Positions 1-14,676 of a stretch of 64,000 nucleotides of DNA are shown here, in pieces (the first letter of the stretch is position 1; every line of letters starts with the position of its first letter). Both the position numbers and the translations under genes were made by a program. Under the pieces are notes generated by a model that was given only the letters and a program-made list of their open reading frames with translations, did not search any database and was not told the DNA's origin. This stretch comes from Octopus vulgaris (Eukaryota), in the NCBI GenBank assembly GCA_951406725.2, contig OX597824.1, positions 79,732,001 through 79,796,000 on the forward strand, written 5' to 3'.

Positions 1-45
1 CATTTTGTCCGGCGTGCTTAACGATTTTGCTAGCTCGCTGCCTTT

Positions 46-423
46 CAATACAACAACAACAACAATAACAGCAACTACTATTACTACTACTACTACTACT
101 ACTACTAGCTTTAATAATAGTAGTGGTGGTAGTAATAGTAGCAACTCTAGCAGCAGCAGCAGAAGTAGTAATAGTAGTTGTAGTAATAGTAGTAGTAGTT
201 GTTGTAGTAATTGTAGTAGTAGTAGTAGTAGTACTAGCAGCAGCAGTAGCAGTAGTAGTAGTAATAGTTGTTGTTGTAGTAATTGTAGTAGTAGCTTTGT
301 AGTAGTAGTAGTTGTAGTAATAGTAGTAGTTGTAGTAATAGCAGCAGCAGCAGTAGTACTAATAGTAGTAATAGTAGTAGTAGTAGTAGTAGTAGTAATA
401 GTAGTAGTAGTAGTAGTAATAAT

Positions 424-479
<56 letters not shown>

Positions 480-505
480 CAGCAGCAGTAGCAGTGGTGG
501 TGGTG

Positions 506-537
<32 letters not shown>

Positions 538-538
538 T
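46..538. repeat. Compound trinucleotide microsatellite (AAC/TAC/TAG/CAG/TGG)
   Basis: Runs are directly visible and explain the poly-T/S/V ORF at 5..565. Confidence 0.95.
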
Positions 539-1018
539 ATGAAGTTGGTGGAAATATCAATTTAAATTGACGCCGAAACGTCAGCTGAAGTTTCAGGCTT
601 TTGCATGGTTGATTGAATGAAATCTTATGAACTGTCATGGACGATATGAAAAATTAGACTCTGTATGTCCGTATTATCGTGGGAACAGCAGAAATTATAT
701 CGCCATCTTGGTTTTACGGCGATCTGAAATGTGACGGCAACAAAATAAATAAATAAATAAATAGACAAATAAATAAATACATAAATAAATAAACAAATAA
801 AAAATAATAAATAAGTAAAGAAAAACATAAAATGAAACGCCACAAATCATTTCACTGACCACGTCGACGTCACAACTCTAGTGATTTATACAAGCAGGAT
901 CACGAGAAGCAGGGCTTCGTGTGGTGGTGAGGGTTATTCTGGTGTGATAGTGATTGTTGTTGGTGTTGTGTGTGGTGGACACGTCTTCAGAGAAGAGGCT
1001 TGCATTTTACCAACACGC

Positions 1019-2640
<1,622 letters not shown>

Positions 2641-2963
2641 GTGCATTTATGTATTTATTTATTAAGGTATTATATTTGTTTTTATGTCAAGCAATATATA
2701 AGAATATGAAAACCATTTAGTATTAAACTAAAAGATGACTCAGCACTTTTAAGTAGAGCATATTTTTATATGTTTGTTAATATTTACAAAGAAATGGTTA
2801 GCAGTGACTTCGAAAATTCTGCTTGATTGCCATCATCACTTGTGTGCATGCCGAAACTTCGTTGTCACTGCTAAACTCTTCTTGCAAAGTTTACATGTAC
2901 ACACATGTATGTATGTATAAATTAGTATAGGCTGCAGTTTGCAATGTTTTACCAAAAAGTAAA

Positions 2964-3356
2964 GGAAAGGAAGGAAGCACTCCGTCGGTTACGACGACGA
3001 GGGTTCCGGTTGATCCGAATCAACGGAACAGCCTGCTCGTGAAATTAACGTGTAAGTGGCTGAGCACTCCACAGACACGTGCACCCTTAACGTAGTTCTC
3101 GGGGATATTCAGCGTGACACAGAGAGTGACAAGGCCGGCCCTTTGAAATACAGGTACAACAGAAAGAGGAAGTAAGAGTGAAAGAAAGTTGTGGTGAAAG
3201 AGTACAGCAGGGATCACCACCATCCCCTGCCGGAGCCTCGAGGAGCTTTAGGTGTTTTCGCTCAATAAACACTCACAACGCCCGGTCTGGGAATCGAAAC
3301 CGCGATCCTATGACCGCGAGTCCGCTGCCCTAACCACTGGGCCATTGCGCCTTCAC
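2964..3356 (-). mobile_element. tRNA-derived SINE family C, full length, with TSD
   Basis: Minus-strand head ggcgcaatggcccagtggttaggg...ggtttcgattccc (box A/B-like). Near-identical to 54662-55043 and 62041-62416. 13-bp TSD accaaaaagtaaa at 2951-2963 and 3357-3369. Confidence 0.9.
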
Positions 3357-3534
3357 ACCAAAAAGTAAAACTGTAATTGCCACTAAATGTGACTAGGGTG
3401 TTAGAAACACCCACATTGCTAGAAATAAGAGCTAAAATGCTCTAGTGCTATAGTCAAAGCACATTATTGTATAATGACAGGGGGAGGGGAGGCAATAATC
3501 ATCCGAAAATACCGTCCGAGAATTTCGGCAAGTA

Positions 3535-3670
3535 TATATATTTAATCGACCCCGAAAGGATGAAAGGCAAAGTCAACCTCGGTGGAATTGGAACTCAGCA
3601 CCTGAAGACGGACGAAATATCGCAAAGCATTTTCCCCGGCGTGCTAACGATTCTGCCAGCTCACCGCCCT
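3535..3670 (-). mobile_element. SINE family A, partial (head and central domain)
   Basis: Contains atcgaccccgaaaggatgaaaggcaaagtc...gtgctaacgattctgccagctcaccgcc, shared with many copies in the window. Confidence 0.85.
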
Positions 3671-3686
3671 AAATGATAATAATAAC

Positions 3687-3728
<42 letters not shown>

Positions 3729-4218
3729 CATGTACATTGTTTTGTCTTGGTATAAAAGATGGGCTACAGCAAATATTCTGCTCAATACCACAGATTTGCT
3801 TGTCAGTTGTTTGACCTTAACCAGTTGAGCATGACCCTTAGTGGCTGACGATATGTGCATCTCTGATCACGAGCAGAAGTAGTGGGGGAGCATCATAGTC
3901 ATGTGTTGAGAGGGATTCTTTGGGGTTTGAATAATTCACCTCTGGAAACATGGGTGGTTCTTTCAACATCCTTAAACAACCCTTATTCAGTGACCGTTTG
4001 AGCGGGATGGGCTACTCAACCTGAAGAAAATTCTAATTGGGCCCCACCTGCAAGGTCATGTGCTGTTTATCTTGATATGAGATCACCATGTCGCGCACAT
4101 ATGGTTGTGATGCATGTGCCTGGTGTAGCCTTATCAGACGGGTAGTCATGATGGGTATATTGGGCTTCGTATATTTTACCCCAGTGTCACTTTGATGGCA
4201 TGAACTGCTCTCTCACTC
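3729..4218 (+). mobile_element. 3' region of a non-LTR retroelement embedded in (TAA)n (family D; possibly Dong/R4-like)
   Basis: Flanked by (TAA)n on both sides, with a second copy at 18750-19135. Dong elements of the R4 clade are known to target TAA repeats; the clade call is inference. Confidence 0.6.
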
Positions 4219-4274
<56 letters not shown>

Positions 4275-4839
4275 TGATGATGATGTCATTTATTTGCCAC
4301 CAGAGCTAAGGATGAGGGAAAGGATGAAAAAAAAACAGGCATAGGATGTGGGAGTTTACATATAATGAAATGAGAGAAATAAAAAAAACAAAAAAACAAA
4401 GGTGTACGTATACACGCTATTCTACGAAAAAGGAAGGAAAATATACATAGTTTGCAAAGGTTAAAAAAGTGGGGTGGGTGATAGAGATGTAGTCCTCATG
4501 GTTTCAAATTTTGGTACAAGGTTTGCAATTGCTCGTAAATAAATGGCAATAAAACAATAGTAGAATGTAAAGAATATTTTATGTAAAGTAAGAAGAATGT
4601 CAAGAGGTAGTAAAGGTTTCTACTTTAATGGCGGTGCCCCAGCATGGCCACAGCTCATGAGCTGAAACTGGAAAAATCAAATCAAAATCAAATCATTTAT
4701 AATAAAATATATTATTATTATTATAATCGTTTTCTGAATCCCTTTCAGTCGCACAAGACTCGCGCACACTATCACTTGTCGACGTGATCGCCGATTCACA
4801 AGCACTCGTAGACGGACTTGCAGATTTCTTTTTAAAAAA

Positions 4840-5220
4840 ATGATGGAGGTGGGGTTAGTCGATCACGTCGTCCCCCAGTACATGACCGCTAGTGGATGAA
4901 AGGTAAAGATGACCTCAGCCAGATTTGAATTTAGAGAGTCGGAAGAAATACTGCAATGTATTTTGTCCGGCGCTCTTTGAAGCCATTTCCTTCATAATCC
5001 CTTTAACAACGATAACAATACAAATAATAATTCTTCCTACTGTTGGCACAAAGCCAGCAATTTTAGATAAGGCGGGATAGTCGATCACATCTACCCCAGT
5101 GTTCTTCAACTGGTACTTACGCTGTCAACCTCGAAAGGATGAAAGGCAAAGTCGACGTCGGGTGAATTTGAACTCAGAACATAAAGCGACAAAATTCTTC
5201 TTGATGCACCAGCGATTCTG
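4840..5220 (-). mobile_element. Two degenerate SINE A copies
   Basis: Recognisable gtcgatcacatc.accccagt and aaaggatgaaaggcaaagtcgac...tttgaactcagaac motifs. Confidence 0.7.
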
Positions 5221-6627
5221 AGGGGACCTTTACGCTCCGATTTATGAACCGTTATATACCTTCTGGAGTCTATAAAATAAAGTAATAGTCATGTATTGTA
5301 GATTCGATACAATCGATTGTCTCTCCTGAAACACTATGGCCTTGTGTATATGTGAGAAATCAATAACAACGACTGCCAACAAAATATTTTAAAATGTTAA
5401 GCCTTGTCTGTATTGACGATAGGCGCCATGTTTTAGCTTGCAGTGTTTATATAAAAACCAAAGACCTCATCTCCACGAGAGCAGACGTCTCAGTCAATGA
5501 GAAATTAGCCATCATGGACGCTTGGAGATAATAAAAAAAATTGAAAGAAATATTGATTGACAGGCCAGTAATATTCTATTAAATATTAGTTTTAGGTTCT
5601 GACTACAAATCTTGCCGGGGTCAGTTTTGCTTTTTATCTCTTTGAGGTCGGGTCGATATAATAAGTATTAGTCATATACAGAGTTCGATTTAATCGTCTG
5701 TAATAGCCCTCCCTGCTTTTTATTCCCCATCACCAATACTAAAGCGGAAATAAAAACAAAATAATGAGATAAATTGAAATGTAGCATATCAACTTCTCTA
5801 TTTTTCTTTCATCACGTTCATGAATATTAATGACTCACGTGACTAAGTCGTCTGCCATCCTAGGGATTCCCTTTTCATCTTTTATACAGAATCTGACGAC
5901 CACAAACATTTACAGATCAACAACAAACATGGCAGCTAACTGAAGTAACCTGCTCTTGCATTATAAATCTTCTGTCGGGTGGCATTTAAAAGTTCGTGTT
6001 TAAAGCATTTATTCATGTATTTATTTATTTTTTATTTATTTAGTATTTTGATTTTGTATATTGTATTTTCTGAACAATAGCTTCGTTGATTACAGCTTTC
6101 CAACAGGCCAATAACTGTGACGCGTGAGTTGCACGAGAGCGTCAATGTAACTCAGGCGGAACATATATCACAGGGGATTTTTTATTTAAAATCACCGATT
6201 TATCGGTTTTCTCGTAAATGCTCACATTTTCAAAGATGCGCATACATACATACATACATACATACATACATACATACATACATACATACATACATACATG
6301 CATACATACATACATACATACATACACATTTTACTTGGTGAGTCTGGAAGAAGGAACAGTGCCCATGACTATTGCAACTTGTCCCTGAGCAGTGAAACTG
6401 TTGTCGCTAATGTTTCATATAAACTCTTTGTATGTATGTGTAGCATGTATGTGGCTGTGTAGTAAGAAGCTTGCTTTCCAACCAGATGGTTCCGGGTTCA
6501 GCTCCACTGTGTGGTACTTTGGGCAAGGGCCCACCAAAGCCTTTGTGAGTGGATTTGGTTGACGAAAACTGTAAGAAACCCGTCGTGTGTGTGTGTGTGC
6601 GCGCGCGTGTGTGCGCGTGTGTATATA

Positions 6628-6692
<65 letters not shown>

Positions 6693-6696
<4 letters not shown>

Positions 6697-7005
6697 AGGG
6701 GCAATGGCCCAGTGGTTAGGGCAGCGGTCACGCGGTCGTAGGATCGCGGTTTCGTTTCCCAGACCGGGCGTTGTGAGTGCTTATTGAGCGAAAACACCTA
6801 AAGCTCCACGAGGCTCCTGCAGGGGGTGGTGGCGGTCCCTGCTGTACTCTCTCGCCACAACTTTCTCTCACTCTTTCTTCTGTTGGTCTGCTCGTTTAGC
6901 CAGCGAGGTGGCGTCATTTGAAGGCTAAAACAATGCGAAGCGCATTGTGACCAGCGATGTGTAGCAACATCTGATAGCCTGGTCGGTCACGGTGATCACG
7001 GTGAT
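6693..7005 (+). mobile_element. SINE C variant with an alternative 3' tail ending (cacggtgat)2
   Basis: Head matches the C consensus to ~6880, then the tail diverges. Confidence 0.85.
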
Positions 7006-7010
7006 ATATA

Positions 7011-7151
7011 TAAGGTTGTCCCAAAAGTTCGTAGAAAGTCTTGGAAAATAATGGTCTTTATTTTGAGGAATAATTTTTGTTGTTTTTGTTAGTACTTGGC
7101 GAGTAAAAATTCAATTTTCGCAAGTGTTTACGAACTTTTGGGACAACCTAA
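7011..7151. mobile_element. Tc1/mariner-type MITE (~140 bp)
   Basis: Perfect 21-bp TIR: aggttgtcccaaaagttcgta (7013-7033) and tacgaacttttgggacaacct (7129-7149), in TA context. Confidence 0.85.
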
Positions 7152-7619
7152 TATATACATGTGGGTGTGTGTGTGTGTCTTTGCGTCTGTGTTTACGTCC
7201 CCGTAACTTGACTGTCCACATAATTATTTTGGTCGTCGCTGATTCATGCACTTACGAGGTATAGCTTTTCTTTCAGACGTATTGTAATGAATCCACGACA
7301 GCCTCTTCACTTTTTGTTTTCAAGATTTCCCACCCCGTATTACCAGTGAGTTCCAGGCAATTTGTTCGGAACAGTAAAGTTTCTAGACCATAATATATCT
7401 TCACGATGAAGTGATATTAGCGTATGTTGCTACTTCTTTACACTTGGCAGGAACAATGTAAATTTGTGCAGACGTGAACTACAGGAAACTGATCATTGGC
7501 TGTTCGAGTTTTGTCATCAATCGAGTTTCTTTGTCGTCGTCAATTAATTTTTTCCCTTTGTGATATATTATTTCGCCCGGCGTGCTAACGTTTCTGCCAG
7601 CTCACTGCCTTTTTTCGTC

Positions 7620-8212
7620 AAGCATGTTTCGTCAAGTTTACGGTGACGAGGCAGTGGGGTGTACGCAATATTTAGAGTGGCACGGGCGCTTCAAAAGGCA
7701 CGACAGAGCCGCAGTTCAACTAAGAGCATGCTCATCGTTTTTTTTTTCAACATCTGCGTTATTGTGCATCGCGAATTCGTCCTTCAGGGCCAGACGGTCA
7801 ATCGGGAGTTCTACTGCGACGTTTTGAAACGTTTCACGGAGGACATTCGGCGAAAGGGACTGAATCTGTGGAGCGTGAAGAATTGGATTCTTCACGATGA
7901 GAATGCACCCTGTCCTGTCACCAAGCTCTCCTCACTCGAGAGTTTCTCACCCAAAACAACATGGCGTCGCTTTTACACCAGCCATATCCGGGTTTAGCAA
8001 CTGCAGACTTCCATCACTGTCCCAAGATGAAAATGCAGCTCAAAGGTCACCGTTTTAACACCGCTGTCGCGATCAAGAGCGAATCGCAGAAGATCTTTGA
8101 CTCGCTTACGGAAAACGATTTCCAGGCCAGATTCCAAAAGTGGCAGGAATGCTGGAACCGGTGTAATGCTGCACAAGGTGATTGTTTCGAAGGAGATGAT
8201 GTTAAAACTTAG
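7620..8212 (+). pseudogene. Decayed mariner (DD34D-type) transposase
   Basis: Three frames give an HTH remnant (MFRQVYGDEAV..EWHGRFK), a catalytic region (MLIVFF..IVHREFV.QGQTVNREFYCDVLKR..WILHDENAP) and a C-terminus (HQPYPGLATADF..MKMQLKGHRF..WNRC..QGDCFEGD; degenerate YSPDLAP). Frameshifted and internally deleted. Confidence 0.92.
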
Positions 8213-8218
8213 GTAAAT

Positions 8219-8742
8219 AGGCGCAGGAGTGGCTGTGTGGTAAGTAGCTTGCTTACCAGCCTCATGGTTCCGGGTTCAGTCCCACTGTGTGGCACCTTGG
8301 GCATGTGTCCTCTACTATAGCCTCGGGCCGACCAAAGCCTTGTGAGTGGATTTGGTAGACGGAAACTGAAAGAAGCCCGTCGTATATATATATGTATAGT
8401 GTATATTTAAACACATAAGGAATCCATTTATAGGGAATTCAGCACGCTAGAAAGAACAGCTAGGTTCTGTAAACCACAAAAATAACGGATAAAATTATAT
8501 ATGTATTTATATATATGTCTGTGTATGTGTTTATGTGTTTGTGCTTGTCCATCCAACATCGCTTGACAACCGATGGTGGTGGGTTTACGTCCCCGTTACT
8601 TAGCGGTTCGGCAAAAAGAGACCGATAGAATAAATACTAGGCTGACAAAGAATAAGTCCTGGGGTCGTTGTGCTCGACTAAAGGCGGTGCTCCTGCATGG
8701 CCACAGTCAAATGACTGAAACAGGTAAAAGAGTAAAGAGTAA
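8219..8742 (+). mobile_element. SINE family B, full length, inserted just after the mariner stop codon
   Basis: Head ggcgcaggagtggctgtgtggtaag, internal TA/TG microsatellite, tail ...aaatgactgaaacaggtaaaagagtaaagag. gtaaata on both sides is a possible TSD. Confidence 0.9.
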
Positions 8743-9619
8743 ATAAGTCAATTCTTATTAAACATAACTTGTCCAGGATATTTGGCTGTGCTGAGTACTG
8801 CTGCCAAATAACAAAATATGTGGATTGATCAATATGAATCACATCTGTGTGCCGTTACTATCCCCTTTACGATATATCGCATGAGATAGATGTTTTCCTG
8901 AAGAAATATGCCGGGAATGCGAAGGTTTTTGTTCGTCCGACCAATCTACCAATGTCAACCGTTAACCTCTTCGCTAGTTATTTGTTCCACATCTTTAACT
9001 CTGCTCTCCGTAGAAATATAAGTATAAAAATTGCCGATGGTGTCTCTCTTGTTCTTTATCCTTTCTTAGCAGAGCTACCACGTTCAGTTTTTCGCAATTG
9101 GGCATGCTCGCAATATGTTGCTAATTGCGACAGACGTCTGCTAAGACAAGGATGGACAAGTCAGGCGTATATTCATCAAGCTCGTAGGGATGACCTTCCA
9201 AACTATGCGATGGTTATCACGTCCAATCACTCACCGCCGGCCGTACGTTAGATGTTACCGAGTTTTCACCACACTTCACCTTTCTGCCAACGTAACAACA
9301 ACAATAGCTTACTATTAAATCAGTGTTTTGAGTTATAGCTTGACCTAAATTTAGGTTGTTGGATCTAACAGAGTCAGTCATTGCTTCGATTTAGAGGTGT
9401 TCACTTTACTGCAGATATTCGGACCAGAATTTCCTGGTTTTCCATCTTCCACAAAAGTTTTCTTTGTAGATGTTGAGGTCGGTTCTCACTAGTCTTGAGG
9501 AAGATTCTGCGAAGATTACGAGCACTAACTTAACTTCACTCCTTTCATTTTTGATCAACTTATTAAATCAATCTGAAACAACACTATTCTCGCAATAGTA
9601 CACGATGGGGAGAGAGAGA

Positions 9620-9653
<34 letters not shown>

Positions 9654-9815
9654 AAGAGAGAGAATGGGAGAGAGAGAGGGAGAAAGAAAGAGAGACGGGG
9701 TGGGGAGAAAGGTGATACACTAGACATATGCCTTGCTTTGGAACCTCAGTTCTTGATGGACGCCGTCGTTACAAAAAGCCTATTTTCATGGGTATTTCTA
9801 ATATGGAGTCCAACC

Positions 9816-10112
9816 TATTTCTTTACTAGCCACAAGGAGCTAAACACAGAGGGGACAAACAAGGATAGACAAATGGATTAAGTCGATTATATCGACACCA
9901 GTGCGTAACTGGTACTTAATTTATCGACCCCGAAAGGATGAAAGGCAAAGTCGACCTCGGCGGAATTTGAACTCAGAACGTAACGGCAGACGAAATATCA
10001 GATGAAAGGCAAAGTCGACCTCGGCGGAATTTGAACTCACAACGTAACGCAGACGAAATACCGCCGAGCATTTCGCCTGGCGTGCTAACGTTTCTGTCAG
10101 CTCGCCGCCTTT
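9816..10112 (-). mobile_element. SINE A (long-tail subfamily) with internal duplication and 17-bp TSD
   Basis: TSD taatatggagtccaacc at 9799-9815 and 10113-10129. The segment gatgaaaggcaaagtcgacc...cagacgaaata is duplicated. Confidence 0.92.
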
Positions 10113-10197
10113 TAATATGGAGTCCAACCATCTCTGGGTCTGACTTTAATCGTTCTCTTCCGGAAAGAAAAACAGACACCCCGCCACACATACAGAG

Positions 10198-10238
<41 letters not shown>

Positions 10239-10747
10239 GAGAAAGAGAGAGAAGGAGAAACCGCTCTGTGAGTATTTGTACTTTATTGTTTAGAAAAACA
10301 AAATAAATGAAAAACAAAACTGACATCGTTGAGATTTGAACTCAGATCGCAAGGAATCGGCACAAACACTACAAAGCAATTTACTCATTGCTCCAACGAT
10401 TCTGCCAAATTCATCACGTTTTTTTAAATTTTTATTTCGGCTGCCATAGAACAGTGTGATTGAACCGTTCAGTTTGATAATCCAACGCGAATTAGGAAAC
10501 AAGTGAAGCGAGTGATGAGAATTAATCACAGAACCAGATATAGGAGAGCAATAGCCCAAAATCGTAAAATCGATATCTATAGTGTAATAGAAAACACGAC
10601 CCAAAGTGTTGTTACACTGAAATAATGAGATTTAAGTTATCGAAATTGTAAAATGATTGGTAGATTGGTAAGATTATCGTTATTATTCGTCCTCTACCGT
10701 TCTCGATCTGATTGTAAACCTTCTCTTGTTAATAAAGATATCATTGA

Positions 10748-10749
<2 letters not shown>

Positions 10750-10807
<58 letters not shown>

Positions 10808-10955
10808 CATCATCGTCGTCGTCATCGTCATCATCATCATCATCCTTATCGTACAACTCGACACAATGAAGCGTTGAGAATATCATTAAATGAAGATGTG
10901 CTAAATTTTATGATTATCATCCTTCTTCTTCTTCTTCTTCTTCTTCTTCTTCTTC

Positions 10956-10996
<41 letters not shown>

Positions 10997-11091
10997 GTGA
11001 TAATAATAATAATAATAATAATAATAGCGAGGATAATAAAGATAACTACAACAACTACTACTATTACTACTACTTCTACTACTACTACTAC

Positions 11092-11139
<48 letters not shown>

Positions 11140-11140
11140 T

Positions 11141-11202
<62 letters not shown>

Positions 11203-11270
11203 ATTACTTCGGCAATACATATTGTAACGATCCAGATACAATTTAGTTTGAAATCTTCCACATTCCCCTA

Positions 11271-11302
<32 letters not shown>

Positions 11303-11410
11303 CTTCTTCTTCTTCTTCTTCACCACCACCACCACCACCACCACCATCACCGCCGCCGCCACCACCACCACCACCACAACCGCCGCCGCCGCCGCCGCCG
11401 TCGTCGTCGT
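10750..11410. repeat. Compound trinucleotide microsatellites (ATT, ATC, CTT, AAT, TAC, CAC, CGC)
   Basis: Directly visible. Confidence 0.95.
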
Positions 11411-12104
11411 GAGGAATATATTTTATTCACCGACTCAAGTAATAACCACGAAAGCCGCTATTAAATTCACATGTTAAAAACAAGTAAAATTAAACAAAGC
11501 AAATCTTTGTAGTAAAAAAACGAAAGCAAATAAAGCAAATTAACAAGTACAAAAGATAAATTTCGTGAAAAAAAAAAAAGGAAAACCACAGCTGGCTCAT
11601 TTGGAAATTCTTATTCCACGCCAGCAAAACAACAACAACAAAAAGAAACAACAGACCAAAACCAAAAACAACAATAAATAAAAACCATAAATACCATATC
11701 GAAAGGATAATAAACTTAAAACGCATGAAATCAAAGTAATTAAATGAAAATAGGTTCAACAAAAGAAGGTAAAAGCGTAGGCAATGTGGCGGTCGGAAAG
11801 AAAGGAGAAGAAGCCTCATTTCGGTTAAGTAAAATGTTCTTAAGAGAATACAAGATGAGGAAGATGAAAAATGATGAGACCCTGGGGTTGTTAAAATAAT
11901 AAGACTATATATAGATGTCTGTGTGTAAGCATTTATATATGTATGTTGTATGTATGTATGCATGTATTTATATATGTATGTATATATGTTATATGTTTGT
12001 AGGTAAATTTACATGTGTGTATATATACATGCCGTATGCATGCTTGTAGCTTGTATGTGTGTATGCATGTATGAGTTAAATGTATGTTTGTATGTGTGAG
12101 TGTA

Positions 12105-12161
<57 letters not shown>

Positions 12162-12488
12162 GTGTGTGTGTGTATGTATGTGTGTTGTCTTTTATTTGTA
12201 GTTATTAGATACAAAGCTCCATCGCTGGAATGTAGATAACAAAATGAATGACCCGTTTTGAGCTTGAGTAAAGTTTTGCAGATTTTTACTGTTCCGCTTA
12301 CAATTTATATTCGTAATGTGGGGTATGTATGTATCTATGTTTGGAGGCACACCTGGCTTTGTGGTTAGGGTGTTGCACTTATGATCTTAAGCTTGTGGTT
12401 TCAATTAATGGACTGGGCGATGCGGTGTTCCTGTCCACTCAACTGGTAAAAATGAATAATCCTGTGGTAGACTGGCGTACCGTATCTT

Positions 12489-12566
<78 letters not shown>

Positions 12567-12641
12567 CATCCATCTATCCATCCATCTATCTGTCTATCTA
12601 TCTGTCTATATTTCTGACCTTGGCAGAATTTGAACTCAGAA

Positions 12642-12780
12642 CCAAATCCACCCACAGGGCTTTGGTCGGCCCGAGGCTATAGTAGAAGACACTTGCCCAA
12701 GGTGCCACGCAGTGGGACTGGACCCGGAACCATGTGGTTGGTAAGCAAGCTACTTACCACACAGCCACTCCTGCGCCTAT
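12642..12780 (-). mobile_element. SINE B 5' half fused to a SINE A fragment
   Basis: accaaatccac...acagccactcctgcgcct, preceded by ggcagaatttgaactcagaac. Confidence 0.85.
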
Positions 12781-13221
12781 AAAAACAACTACCAGACAGA
12801 CATGGCTGTCTAATAAAGATACCAACTCCAGCAAGATGTTGTTAGTATCTTTGTTAGGTAGCAAAACACCAACCTGACAAGATGGCTTTCCTAGCAAGAC
12901 GTTGTTTACGTTATTCAATTTAATAGCCCTTATCTACGGCATTTGCTTGCACCATTACACACAGGTTCAATATCATTTCCGATCTCATAAAAAGAGAGAG
13001 AAAAAAAGTAATACCAAAAAGAGAACACATCCGGTAGTTTACTTCCGGTTTTTCGAGAATCTATTTTAGGAAGCCATACAAACATGATGAAGGTTTCAAT
13101 AAATAGGCGAATAGTTTTAAGGAAAAACAACATCAGGGGCTTTATTAAACTTGTTCTCATTAATCACACTACATTTCAACATCTCAACATCTTTCTCTCT
13201 ACCTTTTCATCCATCTCTCTA

Positions 13222-13312
<91 letters not shown>

Positions 13313-13337
13313 GCCTGTCTGTCTGCCTATATGTCTG

Positions 13338-13403
<66 letters not shown>

Positions 13404-13406
<3 letters not shown>

Positions 13407-13603
13407 TTTCCCTTTTTATTCTTTTTATTTTATTTATTTATTTTTTTTGTTCTTTTCTTCCCTTTTACGATCCCTCTTGATCGAAAACCTACGAACCCCC
13501 TTTTTTTTTCTTTTGTTTTTTGTTTTCTTCATCCCCCAAAAGAAAAGCTCTACCTTGTAACTTGTCCCATCTGTGTGCAGCCCTGTGTGGCCAATAAAGA
13601 AAC
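13404..13603 (+). mobile_element. 3' end of a LINE-like element inside (TATC)n
   Basis: Homologous to 30338-30500; ends tgtgtgcagccctgtgtggccaataaagaaac; TATC repeats on both sides. Confidence 0.65.
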
Positions 13604-13633
13604 TTATCTATCTATCTACCTACCTACCTACCT

Positions 13634-13729
13634 ATTTAACACACTCACCGGTAAAATTTCCACTTATTCCTTATTTTTTTTTCCTAAAATAAGGAATAAG
13701 TGGAAATTTTACCGGTGAGTGTGTTAAAT
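13634..13729. repeat. Perfect inverted repeat, 44-bp arms, 8-nt loop
   Basis: atttaacacactcaccggtaaaatttccacttattccttatttt (13634-13677) is the exact reverse complement of 13686-13729. Confidence 0.95.
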
Positions 13730-13924
13730 TATAAGGCACAAAAAGAAAATGACACTCCCCAGACACAACAGTATATATATCTCTCATGCACCAAATGGCA
13801 ATTGCTAAAAAGTAAAATCATGTAGCAACACCAAATGGCGGTGCCCTAGCATGGCCACAGCTTGTGAGCTGAAACTAGATGAAAAACAAAAAATTTATAT
13901 ATATATATATATATATATATATGT

Positions 13925-14238
13925 AATGAAGGCGTGTAGCCTAGTGATTGGGGCGTCCGGCGCACGAATTCAATTCCCGGCGAGGTGTTGTGTCCTTAAG
14001 CAAGACATTTTATTCCATGTTCCTCCAGTCCACTCAGATGGCAAAGATGAGTTGTACCTGTATTTCAAAAAAGGGCCAGCCTTGTTACATTCTGTGTCAC
14101 GCTGAAGTCTTCAGTGAACTACGTTAAGGGTACGCGTGTCTGTGGAGTGCTCAGCCACTGGCACGTTAATTTCACAAGCAAGCTGTTCTGTTGATCGGAT
14201 CAGCTGGGACACTCGTCGTTGTAACCGACGGAGTGCCA
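13925..14238 (+). mobile_element. Diverged SINE C-related copy
   Basis: Shares the C tail gaactacgttaagggtac...taaccgacggagtgc, with a variant head and middle. Confidence 0.8.
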
Positions 14239-14259
14239 GTTTATATATATGTATATATA

Positions 14260-14490
14260 TCAAAATAAGCAACAAGGATATCCAGAGGTAAATCAGTACG
14301 ATCGTTTCATGCAACTCTATTTAATTGAACAATGCAATCATTACATCAATTTAAAATTTAGAGCAATCTTCAGTTGCACAAAGACATCCTTGTTGCTTAC
14401 TTTGATTTTAATCACCTTACTTTGAAATTGCATGGTTAATACTGTACTAAATTCTGGTGCCTCAACTTAAGTACCATATTCATCTGAATC
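14260..14490 (-). mobile_element. Penelope-like terminal remnant with hammerhead-like motif (~14293-14378)
   Basis: Minus strand reads tgcaa-CTGAAGA-ttgctct...agagttgcat-GAAA-cgatcg-TA. Inverted duplication at 14261-14281 and 14385-14404. Homologous to 22235-22367. Confidence 0.6.
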
Positions 14491-14524
14491 TATATGTATA
14501 TATATATATATGTATGTATTTCGA

Positions 14525-14555
<31 letters not shown>

Positions 14556-14638
14556 ATATATAAAATACAAAAATGGGACAAGAACGCAAAATGAAAATTC
14601 ACATACATATAAAATACACATATATACATATATGTGTA

Positions 14639-14676
<38 letters not shown>

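Larger units (their letters stand above)
6445..7210 (+). mobile_element. SINE family B host copy interrupted by a SINE C variant and a MITE
   Basis: B head gtggctgtgtagtaagaagcttg...ggttcag at 6450-6587. The B tail motif gtgtttacgtccccgtaactt resumes at ~7188-7210. Confidence 0.75.

Noticed and set aside
5-565. 186-aa Thr/Ser/Val-rich ORF and the many YIYI/HTHT/LSIY ORFs throughout the window
   Set aside because: They are translations of microsatellites that lack stop codons, with no coding signal.
695-723. Minus-strand terminal exon (DRRKTKMAI*)
   Set aside because: An acceptor-like site is present, but the coding stretch is too short to support and no upstream partner exon fits.
8847-9251. 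134-aa ORF in non-repetitive-looking sequence
   Set aside because: Non-ATG start, no recognisable domain or splice context; probably chance or an old repeat.
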